Counted from the first letter of the stretch, positions 1 to 11,909 are shown. The stretch: DNA of 64,000 nucleotides from a bacterium (GCA_965203325.1 OZ241875.1:3200001-3264000); one strand, 5' to 3'. Translations and numbers: made by a program. The notes: a model not told the origin generated them from the sequence alone.

Positions 1-1
1 A

Positions 2-610
2 AAAGAAAGCGGGGCGGCGGATCACATCGGCGCTTTCGTCGTGACGGCGGGCTTAGGGGTGGACGAGGCGGCGGGCGCGTATGAGCGGGCGAACGACGAT
101 TACGGCGCCATCATGATAAAGGCCCTCGCCGACAGGCTGGCCGAGGCGTTCGCCGAGCGCCTTCACGAGCGCGTGCGCAAAGAGTTCTGGGGATACGCCC
201 GGGATGAGGAATTGAGCAACGAGGCGTTCATCAAGGAGAATTACCAGGGCATCCGGCCCGCGCCGGGTTATCCGGCGTGTCCGGATCATACCGAAAAACA
301 GACGCTCTTCGACCTCATCGACGCAGGCGCCAATGCGGGCGTGAAACTCACGGAGAGCTTCGCCATGTGGCCCGCCGCTTCGGTGAGCGGGTGGTATTTC
401 GCGCATCCAGAGGCGAGATATTTCGGCGTGGGCAGGATCGGCCGGGATCAGGTGCGCGACTACGCCGGGCGAAAGGGGATGGAGCCCGTCTTCGTCGAGA
501 GATGGCTCGCATCTTCTTTGAACTACGAGGTCTCCCGCGCGAAGCGCGATGCGGAGCCGGCTCCCGAAGGCGGAGCTTCCATCGAACGCCGCTCGCCCCT
601 GAATCCTTGA
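2..610 (+). CDS. metH: Cobalamin-dependent methionine synthase, C-terminal activation domain (5'-truncated by window edge)
   Basis: Frame open from base 2; motifs [45 protein letters not shown]. Confidence 0.95.
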   Translation, partial: KESGAADHIGAFVVTAGLGVDEAAGAYERANDDYGAIMIKALADRLAEAFAERLHERVRKEFWGYARDEELSNEAFIKENYQGIRPAPGYPACPDHTEKQTLFDLIDAGANAGVKLTESFAMWPAASVSGWYFAHPEARYFGVGRIGRDQVRDYAGRKGMEPVFVERWLASSLNYEVSRAKRDAEPAPEGGASIERRSPLNP

Positions 611-786
611 TTTCCTGTCCCCCCGCGAATCCCGCCCGGAAGGATGGCCGCGTTGTGGTTTCCCCGTTGACGGCCCGCCCCTGTGCGACTAGATTGAGGG
701 ACGCGAAATCCCGGCCCGCGGGACTCATGAAGGGCGGTGGATTCGGATACGGATTTGAAGTATAAGCGCTTGTTCGCCAAGGGGCT

Positions 787-871
787 GCGAGGGTGGCGGA
801 ACTGGTAGACGCGCTGGATTTAGGATCCAGTGCCTTCGGGCGTGGGGGTTCGAGTCCCCCCCTTCGCACCA
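787..871 (+). tRNA. tRNA-Leu (TAG)
   Basis: Acceptor GCGAGGG/CCTTCGC-ACCA, anticodon arm CTGGA-TT-TAG-GA-TCCAG, long variable arm, GTTCGAGTC T-loop. Confidence 0.97.
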
Positions 872-922
872 AGGATTTTCAGGTTTTTTATATTTTTGTG
901 TTCTGATACCGGAGAGTGAGGC

Positions 923-2299
923 ATGACCGGCACAGTGAGCGACATCGACGCCTGCACGAAGCGCCTCGAAGTCGCCGTCCCGCGCGCGGAGGTCGCCGAC
1001 GAGATAGAGCGCGCCTACAGGCGGCTCTCAGGGCGCGTGAAGATGAAGGGTTTCCGGAAGGGGAAAATCCCCCGCCGCGTGCTGGAGCGTTACTACGGGG
1101 AGGAAGTGCAGGCCGAAGTCTTGAACCACGTGATATCGACTTCCTACCGCAGCCTCCTGGAAGACAAGGGCATGCGCCCGGTGGGCGAGCCGAACGTGAC
1201 CGACATCAATATGGATGACGACGCGCCCGAGTTGACATACAAGGCGACGGTGGAGGTCATCCCCCCTTTCGAACTCGGCGAGTACAAGGGTCTTCATGTC
1301 AAGGTGCGCCGCGGTACGGTGACGGACGAGATGATCGATCAGCAGATCGAGGCCCTCCGGCAGCGGGCCGCCACGTTCGAGGACGTGGACAGGGAGGCCC
1401 GGACGGGGGATTACGTTCTCTTCGACATCGAGGGCTTCGAAGACGGCAACGCCGTGCCCGGCACCCGGGGGGAGAACCAGGCCCTCATGATCGGGGGCGA
1501 TGAGGGCGAAACGGAGTTGAGCGATGCGCTCATCGGCATGAGGAGCGGCGAAGAGACGGACGTCGACATCGACGTTCCCGAGGGCGCCTCGCCCAACATC
1601 GCCGGCAAGAGCCTCCGGTTCCACCTTCATCTCAAGGAAGTGAAAGAAGCGCATCCGCCCGAACTGGACGAGGAATTCGTCAAGTCCCTGGGCCGCGGCT
1701 ATACCAGCACGGAGGATTTAAGGGCCGACGTCGCCAAGGAAATGGAATCGATGGAGGATTCGAATGCGCGCGGCAACGGGATCTCCGAGTTGCTGAAGTC
1801 GCTGCTCGAAGCGCATCCTTTCGAGGTGCCCCCAACACTCGTGCGGGGGGAGGCGGATCAGCAGATTCGCGAATACGAGCGGCGTCTGCGCCAGGAGAAC
1901 CCCGACGTTCAACTCTCGGAAGCCAAAATCGAGGAATTGCGCGAGGAGGTAAGGCCCCAGGCCGAGGAGCGGGTGCGCCAGCTCATTATCGTGGAGCGCA
2001 TCCGCGAGGCGGAGGAGATCGAGGCGAGCGCCGAGGAGGTCGAGGCGCAAATCAACATCTCTGCCGCGCGCTACAGCATGACGCCCGAGAAACTTCGCGA
2101 GCGAATGATGACGACCGGGGCGATGGCCTCGCTCGTCTCGAACATCAACTACAACAAGACGGTGAGTTGGCTTTATGATCAGGCCGACGTGGAATTCGAC
2201 ATTCACGATGCCGCCGAGCATGAGGCGCATTCCCGCGACTCCGATGAGGGGACGGGGGAGGAGCGCTCCCCGGACGGCGATTCGAAAGAGGATGGATAA
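923..2299 (+). CDS. tig: Trigger factor
   Basis: GFRKGKIP ribosome-binding signature, FKBP-like middle domain, upstream of clpP. Confidence 0.95.
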   Translation: MTGTVSDIDACTKRLEVAVPRAEVADEIERAYRRLSGRVKMKGFRKGKIPRRVLERYYGEEVQAEVLNHVISTSYRSLLEDKGMRPVGEPNVTDINMDDDAPELTYKATVEVIPPFELGEYKGLHVKVRRGTVTDEMIDQQIEALRQRAATFEDVDREARTGDYVLFDIEGFEDGNAVPGTRGENQALMIGGDEGETELSDALIGMRSGEETDVDIDVPEGASPNIAGKSLRFHLHLKEVKEAHPPELDEEFVKSLGRGYTSTEDLRADVAKEMESMEDSNARGNGISELLKSLLEAHPFEVPPTLVRGEADQQIREYERRLRQENPDVQLSEAKIEELREEVRPQAEERVRQLIIVERIREAEEIEASAEEVEAQINISAARYSMTPEKLRERMMTTGAMASLVSNINYNKTVSWLYDQADVEFDIHDAAEHEAHSRDSDEGTGEERSPDGDSKEDG

Positions 2300-2302
2300 A
2301 CA

Positions 2303-2953
2303 GTGGCACTCGTACCCATGGTGGTGGAACAGACGAACAGAGGCGAGCGGGCGTATGACATCTACAGCCGCCTGCTCAAGGAGAGAATCATTTTTCTGGG
2401 CACGGCGATAGACGACACCATTGCGAACCTCGTGACGGCCCAACTGCTTTTCCTGGAGGCGGAGGAACCCGACCGCGACATCGCCATGTACGTGAACAGC
2501 CCGGGCGGCACCGTCACGGCGGGCCTCGCGATTTACGACACGATGCAGTACATCAAGCCCGACGTGTCGACCATCTGCATCGGCCAGGCGGCGAGCATGG
2601 GCGCGCTCTTGCTGACGGCGGGGGCGAAGGGCAAGCGCTACGCCCTGCCCAATTCGCGCATCCTGATCCATCAGCCCCTGGGCGGCGTGCAGGGACAGGC
2701 GAGCGACATCGACATCCAGGCGCGCGAGATTCTCCGCATGCGCGAGGAACTCAACGAGATTCTCGCGAGACACACCGGACAGCCGATCAAGCAGATTGAA
2801 AAAGACACCGATCGTGATAATTTCATGACGGCCGAGCAGGCGAAAGACTACGGCCTGCTCGACGACGTGATCATCGCGCGCTCGGACGCATCGGGCATCG
2901 TGCCGGACGTCGGCGGCGATGACGGCGCGAACGAGGAGAACAACGGCTCCTAG
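2303..2953 (+). CDS. clpP: ATP-dependent Clp protease proteolytic subunit
   Basis: [20 protein letters not shown] (Ser), IHQP (His); GTG start. Confidence 0.97.
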   Translation: MALVPMVVEQTNRGERAYDIYSRLLKERIIFLGTAIDDTIANLVTAQLLFLEAEEPDRDIAMYVNSPGGTVTAGLAIYDTMQYIKPDVSTICIGQAASMGALLLTAGAKGKRYALPNSRILIHQPLGGVQGQASDIDIQAREILRMREELNEILARHTGQPIKQIEKDTDRDNFMTAEQAKDYGLLDDVIIARSDASGIVPDVGGDDGANEENNGS

Positions 2954-3006
2954 ACGGAGGCCGGTTTTGTTTCGCGTAACGCTATTCTCCGAGGGGGAAT
3001 GATTCG

Positions 3007-4248
<1,242 letters not shown>

Positions 4249-4408
4249 GCCATCTACCGCATCGTTTCCCAGTCAGTTGAGCGTTTCGTGAATCTCAGGC
4301 CGCATAATCCATCTTGCGCGGCTTCGGGGGAGTTCGCCTCCCGGTGAGGGCTGGTTGGATTTTTTCACCAGGGGCGTTATTTTTTTGTTTATCTGGGGAG
4401 AGCGCGCG

Positions 4409-4438
4409 TTGACAATGCGCGGGCCGCTTTCCTATCAT
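4409..4438 (+). promoter_or_regulatory. Sigma70-type promoter for tRNA-Val/thrS
   Basis: TTGACA-N18-TATCAT ending 26 nt before the tRNA. Confidence 0.65.
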
Positions 4439-4464
4439 TTCGCTATACCGGATATGCCGGACGA

Positions 4465-4539
4465 AGGCGCGTAGCTCAGGGGGAGAGCGCTTGCTTGACA
4501 CGCAAGAGGTCGGCGGTTCAAAACCGCCCGCGCCTACCA
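4465..4539 (+). tRNA. tRNA-Val (GAC)
   Basis: Acceptor AGGCGCG/CGCGCCT-ACCA, anticodon arm CTTGC-TT-GAC-AC-GCAAG, GGTTCAAAACC T-arm. Confidence 0.97.
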
Positions 4540-4633
4540 CTATGGAATGGACGATGAGGCGGGTCGCCGCCGCATCGTGGGGATAGTTCGAGGAACTACA
4601 AGAGGAGCTTGCGGCGTCAGCCGACGCCCGTCT

Positions 4634-6511
4634 ATGTCACAGCAAACCAAGAGTAAAGATTTCCCCAAAGACGCTATCGCGCTGAAGATTGGCGGCGCAC
4701 CCGTTGATTTGAATCGCGACCTTCCCGACGACGCCGAGCCGGAGTTCATCCTCCTCGATTCCGAGGAGGGCCTGGAGATTCTGCGCCACAGCACGGCGCA
4801 CCTCATGGCGCAGGCCGTGCAGGAACTCTACCCGGGCGCGCAGCTCACCATCGGCCCTCCGATCGAAAACGGGTTTTATTACGACATCGACGTCGACGTC
4901 ACGTTCACGCCCGAGGATTTGAAGAAGATCGAGGCGAGGATGAAAAAACTCGCCAAGAAGAAATACGCCATTGAGCGCGAGGACATTTCCCGCGACTATG
5001 CGCTGGACCTGTTCGAGAAGCGGGGCGAGAGCTACAAGATAGAGATGATCCACGACCTGCCCGAGGACGAGGCGCTTTCGATCTACCGCCAGGGCGATTT
5101 CGTGGACCTGTGCCGGGGGCCGCACGTGCCCGGCACGGGCTGGCTGCGCAACTTCAAGCTCCTGAGCGTGGCGGGCGCCTACTGGCGAGGCGATGAGAAG
5201 AACAAGATGCTCCAGCGCATCTACGGCACCGCCTTCGCGACGAAAGAAGGCTTGGCCGATCATCTGCAAATGCTCGAGGACGCGAAGAGGAGAGACCACC
5301 GCGTCATCGGCAAACAACTCGGCATCTTCCTGGTCGATGAGGACGCCGGCGGCGGCCTCATCTATTGGCAGCCCCGCGGCACGACGGTCAAAAAAGTGAT
5401 CGAGCGCTTCTGGGAGGATGAGCACGTAAAGCGCGGCTACCAGCTCGTCTCCATCCCCCACATCACGCGCGACGTGCTTTTCAAGACTTCGGGCCATTAT
5501 GATTTCTACCGGGAAAACATGTATGTCCTGAACATCGACGAGGATGAATACGTCCTGAAACCGATGAACTGCCCGGGCCACATCCTGATCTATCAGCAGA
5601 AGATCCACAGCTACCGCGATCTGCCCTACCGGCTGGCGGAATTGGGCACGGTCTATCGCTACGAGCGAAGCGGCGCGCTGCACGGAATGCTCCGGGTGCG
5701 GGGCTTCACCCAGGACGACGCCCACATCTTCTGCACGCCCGAGCAGGCCGAAGACGAGGTGCTGGGCGTCATCGACCTGGCGCACTTCATGCTGAAGACA
5801 TTCGGGTATGAGGATTTCGAGACCGAACTCTCGGTGCACGATAGTTCTGATTTCAGCAAGTACGCCGGCGTGATCGAGGATTGGGAGGCGGCGGAGGCCG
5901 CGCTGACCCGCGCGCTCGAGAAGCGGAGCATCCCCTACAAGCGGATCGAGGGCGAGGCGGCGTTCTACGGGCCGAAAATCGACATCAAGATGCGCGACGC
6001 CCTGGGCCGCGGCTGGCAGGGACCGACCATCCAGTTCGACTTCAACCTGCCCAAGCGCTTCGATCTCAACTACGTCGGTGCGGACGGCGCGCGCCACAAG
6101 GTCGTCATGATACACAGAACCGTCATGGGTTCGATGGAGCGTTTCGTGGGCGGGCTGATCGAACACTACGCGGGCGCGTTTCCCACATGGCTCGCGCCCG
6201 AGCAGGCGCGCATCATGACGATCACCGACGATCACATCCCCTACGGCCGCGAGGTGGAGAGCAAGCTTCTCGCCGCCGGTTTCCGGGCGGAGGGGGATTT
6301 CCGAAACGAGAAGATTGGGTATAAAATAAGGGAAGCCCAGAGAGACAAGATACCGTACATGCTCATCCTCGGCGCGCGCGAGGCGGAAACGGGAGAAGTA
6401 TCTCTCAGGCTTCGTGAACAAGGCGATTTGGGGTCTATTTCATTGGAGGAACTTATGCAGAAAATGCGAAGCGACATCGATACGAAATCACTCACCGCGG
6501 GAGCGGTCTGA
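4634..6511 (+). CDS. thrS: Threonine--tRNA ligase (start uncertain; N-terminal TGS appears shortened)
   Basis: RHSTAHLMAQAV, DLCRGPH, KPMNCPGH, QDDAHIF, AFYGPKID. Confidence 0.97.
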   Translation: MSQQTKSKDFPKDAIALKIGGAPVDLNRDLPDDAEPEFILLDSEEGLEILRHSTAHLMAQAVQELYPGAQLTIGPPIENGFYYDIDVDVTFTPEDLKKIEARMKKLAKKKYAIEREDISRDYALDLFEKRGESYKIEMIHDLPEDEALSIYRQGDFVDLCRGPHVPGTGWLRNFKLLSVAGAYWRGDEKNKMLQRIYGTAFATKEGLADHLQMLEDAKRRDHRVIGKQLGIFLVDEDAGGGLIYWQPRGTTVKKVIERFWEDEHVKRGYQLVSIPHITRDVLFKTSGHYDFYRENMYVLNIDEDEYVLKPMNCPGHILIYQQKIHSYRDLPYRLAELGTVYRYERSGALHGMLRVRGFTQDDAHIFCTPEQAEDEVLGVIDLAHFMLKTFGYEDFETELSVHDSSDFSKYAGVIEDWEAAEAALTRALEKRSIPYKRIEGEAAFYGPKIDIKMRDALGRGWQGPTIQFDFNLPKRFDLNYVGADGARHKVVMIHRTVMGSMERFVGGLIEHYAGAFPTWLAPEQARIMTITDDHIPYGREVESKLLAAGFRAEGDFRNEKIGYKIREAQRDKIPYMLILGAREAETGEVSLRLREQGDLGSISLEELMQKMRSDIDTKSLTAGAV

Positions 6512-6512
6512 T

Positions 6513-7244
6513 ATGGCGTCGCGCTTTAGAGGACGGGATATTCACCCGACGGCGACAGGCCCCAGAGCCAACCGGAACATCCGCGTTCCGATGGTGCGGG
6601 TCATCGACGAGGACGGTCAGCAGCTCGGCGTACTCCCCGTGGAAGAAGCGGTGGAGGTCGCAGAGGACAGGGATCTGGATCTCGTCGAGGTGTCTCCCAA
6701 CGCGGACCCGCCCGTTTGCAAGATCATGGACCTGGGCCGCTACAAGTACACGCAGCAGAAAAAGGCGCAAGAGGCCAAGAAGAAACAGCGCGTGGTGGAG
6801 GTGAAAGAGGTCAAGCTTCGCATCAAGATTGAAGAGCATGACTACGCGATCAAGAGAAGACACGCGGAGCGGTTTTTGAACGACGGCAACAAGGCGAAGG
6901 TCACCATCATGTTTCGCGGTCGCGAGGTGACGCACCCCGACCTGGGAAGGAAGCTGCTGGAAAGAATGGCGAACGAGCTCATCGAAATCGGCACGGTGGA
7001 GCAGTTCCCCAACCTGGAAGGCCGCAACATGACGATGGTTATCGCGCCGAAATCGACAAAACCGCCCAAAAAGGATACAACGCCCCGGAAGAAATCGGGC
7101 AGAAAAGCGGATGACGTCTCGACGGACGACGGGAAATTGACGGCTCCCCTGGCGGAGGCGCTCAAGGAGGCGGACATTCAAATCAGCCCGGCTGAAGGGG
7201 CGGATGACGGAAAACCCGAAGGAGAAATGAAAGAAGATGCCTAA
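6513..7244 (+). CDS. infC: Translation initiation factor IF-3 with long C-terminal extension (alternative ATT start at 6540)
   Basis: [42 protein letters not shown]. Confidence 0.93.
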   Translation: MASRFRGRDIHPTATGPRANRNIRVPMVRVIDEDGQQLGVLPVEEAVEVAEDRDLDLVEVSPNADPPVCKIMDLGRYKYTQQKKAQEAKKKQRVVEVKEVKLRIKIEEHDYAIKRRHAERFLNDGNKAKVTIMFRGREVTHPDLGRKLLERMANELIEIGTVEQFPNLEGRNMTMVIAPKSTKPPKKDTTPRKKSGRKADDVSTDDGKLTAPLAEALKEADIQISPAEGADDGKPEGEMKEDA

Positions 7245-7434
7245 GATGAAGACGAACCGCGGAGCGGCCAAGCGTTTCAAGATAACGGCCACGGGCAAAG
7301 TGAAGCGGAACCGCTCCCATCACCGTCATATCCTGACGAAGAAGACGACGAAAAGAAAAAGAGAACTCCGCCACAGCGTCATCGCGAATCCCACGGACGC
7401 GAAGATGATCAAGCGACTGATACCTTATATGTAG
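7237..7434 (+). CDS. rpmI: 50S ribosomal protein L35
   Basis: [15 protein letters not shown]; follows infC. Confidence 0.97.
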   Translation: MPKMKTNRGAAKRFKITATGKVKRNRSHHRHILTKKTTKRKRELRHSVIANPTDAKMIKRLIPYM

Positions 7435-7513
7435 CCTTTCGCGGAAATGGTGATGGTTTCGCCCAAGGCGTGCGGACGAGCCCGCGACGTCATTTCGCCG
7501 GAGCAAAGAAAAG

Positions 7514-7663
7514 ATGAGCAATCCGGTGGGCCAGTTGAATGACTTCATCAAGTCGATCCTGGGCGGGGTCGGGTCATTCGTAGGTGAATATCCTTACGCT
7601 GCAGGGGCCGTCCTTTTCCTGGCCATCATTCTCAGACGCACCATCAAGCGCGCCCGTAGGTAG
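7514..7663 (+). CDS. Small hypothetical membrane protein, 49 aa (below ORF-track cutoff)
   Basis: Manual translation MSNPVGQLNDFIKSILGGVGSFVGEYPYAAGAVLFLAIILRRTIKRARR*; GGAG 10 nt upstream; hydrophobic stretch then basic tail. Confidence 0.55.
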   Translation: MSNPVGQLNDFIKSILGGVGSFVGEYPYAAGAVLFLAIILRRTIKRARR

Positions 7664-7689
7664 AGCGCCCTTTTTCTGGCGCCTTGGGC

Positions 7690-7718
7690 TTGCGGTCATC
7701 CGGCTGGGCGGGTATATT
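7690..7718 (+). promoter_or_regulatory. Possible sigma70 promoter upstream of rplT
   Basis: TTGCGG-N17-TATATT. Confidence 0.4.
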
Positions 7719-7806
7719 CCCCCGGTCGGTGGCGCGAGTTCGAGGTAATTCGAGGCGGCCTCCGAGGAACTGGAATAAAATCATCGATTGAGGGAGTATC
7801 CGAATC

Positions 7807-8163
7807 ATGCCGCGTTCGAGAGGAAATCCGGCTGCCAGGGAACGGCATCGCAGGCTTCTGAAGGAAGCGAAGGGCTATCGCGGCGCGCGCTCGAAGAGGT
7901 TCCGCTCCGCGCGGGAAACCGTGCATCGCGCACGCGCCTATGCCTATCGTGACCGCCGGGTGCGCAAGCGCGAGTTCAGGCGTCTTTGGAATGTTCGCAT
8001 CAATGCAGCGGCCCGTCTGCACGGTCTCAATTACAGCCGTTTCATCTGGGGGCTGGGCCAGGCGGGTGTGGAAGTAAACCGCAAGATTCTGGCCGAATTG
8101 GCGATAGAGGATCCCCAGGCATTCGGCAAACTCGTGGAAATTGCCAAGGCGCAGGCCGCCTAG
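7807..8163 (+). CDS. rplT: 50S ribosomal protein L20
   Basis: [30 protein letters not shown]. Confidence 0.97.
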   Translation: MPRSRGNPAARERHRRLLKEAKGYRGARSKRFRSARETVHRARAYAYRDRRVRKREFRRLWNVRINAAARLHGLNYSRFIWGLGQAGVEVNRKILAELAIEDPQAFGKLVEIAKAQAA

Positions 8164-8186
8164 AGCCGGGCGAGAAAAGGTGCTTC

Positions 8187-8217
8187 AGGCTCCACCCTGC
8201 CGGGTGGAGCCTTTTTT
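8187..8217 (+). terminator. Intrinsic terminator after rplT
   Basis: AGGCTCCACCC-TGCC-GGGTGGAGCCT followed by a T run. Confidence 0.8.
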
Positions 8218-8255
8218 ATGCGGCCCCCCGAATGAGTGGAGATGAAGGAACGAGC

Positions 8256-9368
8256 ATGAGCGAAGATTTGCTTGTCGGCATTATACGTGAATCCTCCAGC
8301 GCGTTGTCGGACGCCTGGGTAGCGCGCGACGCCGGGGCGGCCGAGGGGGTGCGCATTCGCTACCTGGGCCGCAAAGGCGGTGAACTCAACGAGGTGATGC
8401 GGGGACTCAAGGATTTGTCCGCCGATGAGAAGCGCATCGTCGGCCCGCTGGCCAACTCGGTTCGCACCTACATCGAGGCGAGCGTTTCGGCCATCAAGGA
8501 AGATGACAAGGATAAGATAATCGAAGCGCATCGTGCCCTCGGCGCGCGCCTGAGAAGCAGGGAAGAAGGCGGCGCGTTGGGCGAGATGATCGAGCAAAGG
8601 GGGAGCGAGATTCTCGCCGCCGGGGATGCCGCCGACACGCCGCGCTCGCGGCTTGATCTCACGATTCCCGGCCGCGCGCCGCTCATCGGCCACGAGCATC
8701 CCCTCGTGCAGACGATGGAGGATTTGATCGAGGTGCTGACGCGCCTGGGCTATTCCGTGGCCGAAGGTCCGGAGGCGGAACTCGATTATTACAACTTCGA
8801 GGCCCTGAACATCCCCAAGGACCATCCCGCGCGCGACATGCAGGATACGTTTTATCTCGCCGGCGACGCCCTTTTGCGCACGCACACCTCGCCCGTCCAG
8901 ATTCGGGTGATGGAGAGCCAGCCGCCCCCCGTCAAGGTTATCGCGCCCGGCAAGGTGTTCCGTTGCGATGCGGACGTCACCCATTCGCCTATGTTCCACC
9001 AGATCGAGGGCCTCTATGTGGATGAGGGCGTGACGTTCGCCGATCTGAAAGGAACCCTGGAAGCCTTCGTGCGTGAAATCTTCGGACCCGAGTACCGCGT
9101 GCGGCTGAGGCCCAGCTTCTTCCCGTTCACCGAGCCGAGCGTCGAAGTGGACATCGCCAGCGATTATGTGGCCGGTGGGGAGTGGATGGAGGTTTTGGGC
9201 GCAGGCATGGTGGACCCGGCGGTCTTCGAGGCGGTGGGGTACGACCCCGAGCGATGGACCGGGTTCGCCTGGGGCCTGGGCGTGGAGCGCATCACCATGC
9301 TGCGTTACGGCATCAGCGATATTCGCCTTTTCTTTGAAAACGACTTGAGAATGCTGCGGCAATTTTGA
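8256..9368 (+). CDS. pheS: Phenylalanine--tRNA ligase alpha subunit
   Basis: HPARDMQDTFY, LRTHTSPVQ, THSPMFHQIEG, FFPFTEPS, GLGVERI. Confidence 0.97.
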   Translation: MSEDLLVGIIRESSSALSDAWVARDAGAAEGVRIRYLGRKGGELNEVMRGLKDLSADEKRIVGPLANSVRTYIEASVSAIKEDDKDKIIEAHRALGARLRSREEGGALGEMIEQRGSEILAAGDAADTPRSRLDLTIPGRAPLIGHEHPLVQTMEDLIEVLTRLGYSVAEGPEAELDYYNFEALNIPKDHPARDMQDTFYLAGDALLRTHTSPVQIRVMESQPPPVKVIAPGKVFRCDADVTHSPMFHQIEGLYVDEGVTFADLKGTLEAFVREIFGPEYRVRLRPSFFPFTEPSVEVDIASDYVAGGEWMEVLGAGMVDPAVFEAVGYDPERWTGFAWGLGVERITMLRYGISDIRLFFENDLRMLRQF

Positions 9369-9401
9369 GTGGAAGCATTAGAAGCGCGATGAGGAACCCC
9401 G

Positions 9402-11813
9402 ATGCGGATTAGCCTGGAGTGGCTCGCCGATTTTATTGATTTGGACCTGGAAGACCCCGAACTGCCCGAACGCCTGGCGAACGGGCTTTTGCTCGCGGGT
9501 CTGGAGGTCGAGGCGCTCGAGCGGCCCGAGGGGTCATTCGACGGGCTGGTGGTGGCCGAGGTCTTGTCCGTGGAGCCTCATCCCAACGCGGACAGACTCA
9601 AACTCTGCCGTGTCGCCGATGGAGCGGGGGAGCGCTCCGTGGTGTGCGGTGCGCCCAACGTCGAAACCGGGCGGCGCGTCGTCCTGGCGAAGCCCGGGGT
9701 GCGGATGCCGGGGGGGATGAAGGTCGAAGTCGCGCGCATTCGCGGGGAACAGAGCGAGGGGATGATCTGCTCGGAGCGCGAACTCGGTTTGGGCACGGAT
9801 CACAGCGGCATCATGGTGCTCTCGGGCGCGCCCGCAGTCGGCAGCGACGTTGCGGAGCTTTTGGGTCTTAACGATGTGATTTTCGACATCTCGATTACGC
9901 CGAATCGCGCGGATTGCCTCTCCGTTCTGGGCGTGGCGCGCGAGGCGGCGGCCCTCTTGGGAACCTCGCTCAGAGCGCCCGATATCTCCGTCGAAGAGGA
10001 TGAGAATACATCCGCCGCTTCGGTCTGCGGGGTGGAGATATGGGATCCGGACAAGTGTCCGCGCTATGCCGCGCGCATCATCCAGGGCGCCGAGATCGGT
10101 CCCTCGCCCGGTTGGATGGCGCGGCGCTTGAGAGCAGCAGGGATGCGGCCGATCAACAACGTGGTCGACGTGACGAACTATGTGATGCTCTCGCTCGGCC
10201 AGCCGCTCCACGCGTTCGACTTGCACCGCCTCGCCGAGTACAAAATCATCGTGAGAAGGTGGGCCGAGAGCGACGGCCCCTTCACTACGCTCGACGGACA
10301 GCAGCGCGCGATGGACGATGAAGACCTCATGATTTGCGACGGTGAAAAACCCGTCGCCATCGGCGGCGTGATGGGGGGTTTCTTCTCCGAGGTGAGCGAC
10401 GACACCCGCGACATTCTTTTGGAGAGTGCTTATTTCACGCCCCAGACCATCCGCCGCACCCGCAGGCGTCTGGGGATGTCGACGGAGGCGTCGTATCGTT
10501 TCGAACGGGGGGTGGACCCCTCGGGCACCGTTCGCGCGGCGGATTTGGCCGCCGAACTCATCCGCCAGACGGCGGGCGGCGCCGTCGCCCGGGGTGCGGT
10601 GGACGCGCATCCGGCGCCCATTGCGCCGAAACAGGTGCCGATTCGGGTGGCGCGCGCATCGAGTCTGCTCGGCGTATCCCTGGACGTCCCCCGGGTGAGG
10701 GAGAGCCTCGAATCCCTGGGGTTGCTAGTGAGTGATGCGAAAGACGGCGTTTTCAGCGTCGAGGTCCCCACCTTCCGGCCCGACATCGAACGCGAGATCG
10801 ACCTCATCGAAGAGGTGGGCAGAAGGGTGGGCTACGAGAACATTCCCGCCACCCTGCCTGCTTCGGGAAACCCCGCTGCGAGGCCGACGCGCGCCCGATC
10901 CCTGGAGCTTCAGGCGCGCCGGACCATGGTGGCCGGCGGATTCAGCGAGGCGCTCAACTACAGCTTCGTGAGCAGGGAGGCTCTCAAGAGCATGGGGTGG
11001 CTTGACGAGCAGATGGTGGCGCTGCGCAATCCCCTGAGTGGTGAGATGGACGTGCTCAGAACCACTCTGCTTGCCGGTTTGCTGGCGAACGTGGCGCACA
11101 ACCTGAGCCGGGGAGTGAGCGAGATCCGCCTGTTCGAGTTGGGACGCTCGTTTCATCCCGTGGATGGAGAAGCCTTGCCGGAGCAGGTGCAGCGCGCGGC
11201 CGGCGTCGTCGTCGGGAGCGCGGCGTCTCAAGACGGCGTCTCGCTTCCCGGAGCTTTGTCCGAACTCAAAGGGGTGCTCGAGCGCTTCCTGGAATCATTG
11301 GGGCTGGAGAACCTCCTGTTCGAGCCGGTGGACGCCGCTCCGGGTTGGGAGCCGTCGGCGGCCTCCCGGGTTCTCGTCGGCGAGGCGGCGCTCGGCCACG
11401 TCGGTTTGGCGGCGCCCGAGGTGTTGGGTGTCTTGGATATCGAGATGGGCGTGGCCGCTTTCGAAATAAACCTCGCTTCCTTGGCCGGGATGGAACCTGC
11501 TCCCCGACGCCTGACGCCCCTGCCGAGGTACCCGGCCTCGCTGCGCGATCTGGCGGTGGTGGTGGATGCCGCTCGGACCAATCGGGAGATCGAGGAGATC
11601 ATCCGTCACTCGGGTGGAGACTGGCTGGAGTCGGTGGATTTGTTCGATGTCTATCAGGATGCCGCCTTGGAGGCTTCGGGGGAGAAGAGCCTGGCGTATT
11701 CGCTGGTGTTCCGGCATCCCGAGGCGACCCTCACCGATGAGCAGGTCAACGAGGCGTTCGATGGAATCGTCGGGGCGTTGGGCGCTCGTCTGGGCGCGCG
11801 GCTTCGCTCGTGA
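9402..11813 (+). CDS. pheT: Phenylalanine--tRNA ligase beta subunit
   Basis: HPNADRL, CGAPNV, TPNRADCLS, RFERGVD, C-terminal FDX-ACB (FDVY...KSLAY). Confidence 0.97.
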   Translation: MRISLEWLADFIDLDLEDPELPERLANGLLLAGLEVEALERPEGSFDGLVVAEVLSVEPHPNADRLKLCRVADGAGERSVVCGAPNVETGRRVVLAKPGVRMPGGMKVEVARIRGEQSEGMICSERELGLGTDHSGIMVLSGAPAVGSDVAELLGLNDVIFDISITPNRADCLSVLGVAREAAALLGTSLRAPDISVEEDENTSAASVCGVEIWDPDKCPRYAARIIQGAEIGPSPGWMARRLRAAGMRPINNVVDVTNYVMLSLGQPLHAFDLHRLAEYKIIVRRWAESDGPFTTLDGQQRAMDDEDLMICDGEKPVAIGGVMGGFFSEVSDDTRDILLESAYFTPQTIRRTRRRLGMSTEASYRFERGVDPSGTVRAADLAAELIRQTAGGAVARGAVDAHPAPIAPKQVPIRVARASSLLGVSLDVPRVRESLESLGLLVSDAKDGVFSVEVPTFRPDIEREIDLIEEVGRRVGYENIPATLPASGNPAARPTRARSLELQARRTMVAGGFSEALNYSFVSREALKSMGWLDEQMVALRNPLSGEMDVLRTTLLAGLLANVAHNLSRGVSEIRLFELGRSFHPVDGEALPEQVQRAAGVVVGSAASQDGVSLPGALSELKGVLERFLESLGLENLLFEPVDAAPGWEPSAASRVLVGEAALGHVGLAAPEVLGVLDIEMGVAAFEINLASLAGMEPAPRRLTPLPRYPASLRDLAVVVDAARTNREIEEIIRHSGGDWLESVDLFDVYQDAALEASGEKSLAYSLVFRHPEATLTDEQVNEAFDGIVGALGARLGARLRS

Positions 11814-11909
11814 TGGTTTCCTTGACACCGCATTCCCCCGAACCTAGAATTATCCCCAAGCATTGCGGAACTCATTTTCGTGTCTTGCGCCCGTGGAAAG
11901 ATTGTCCGA

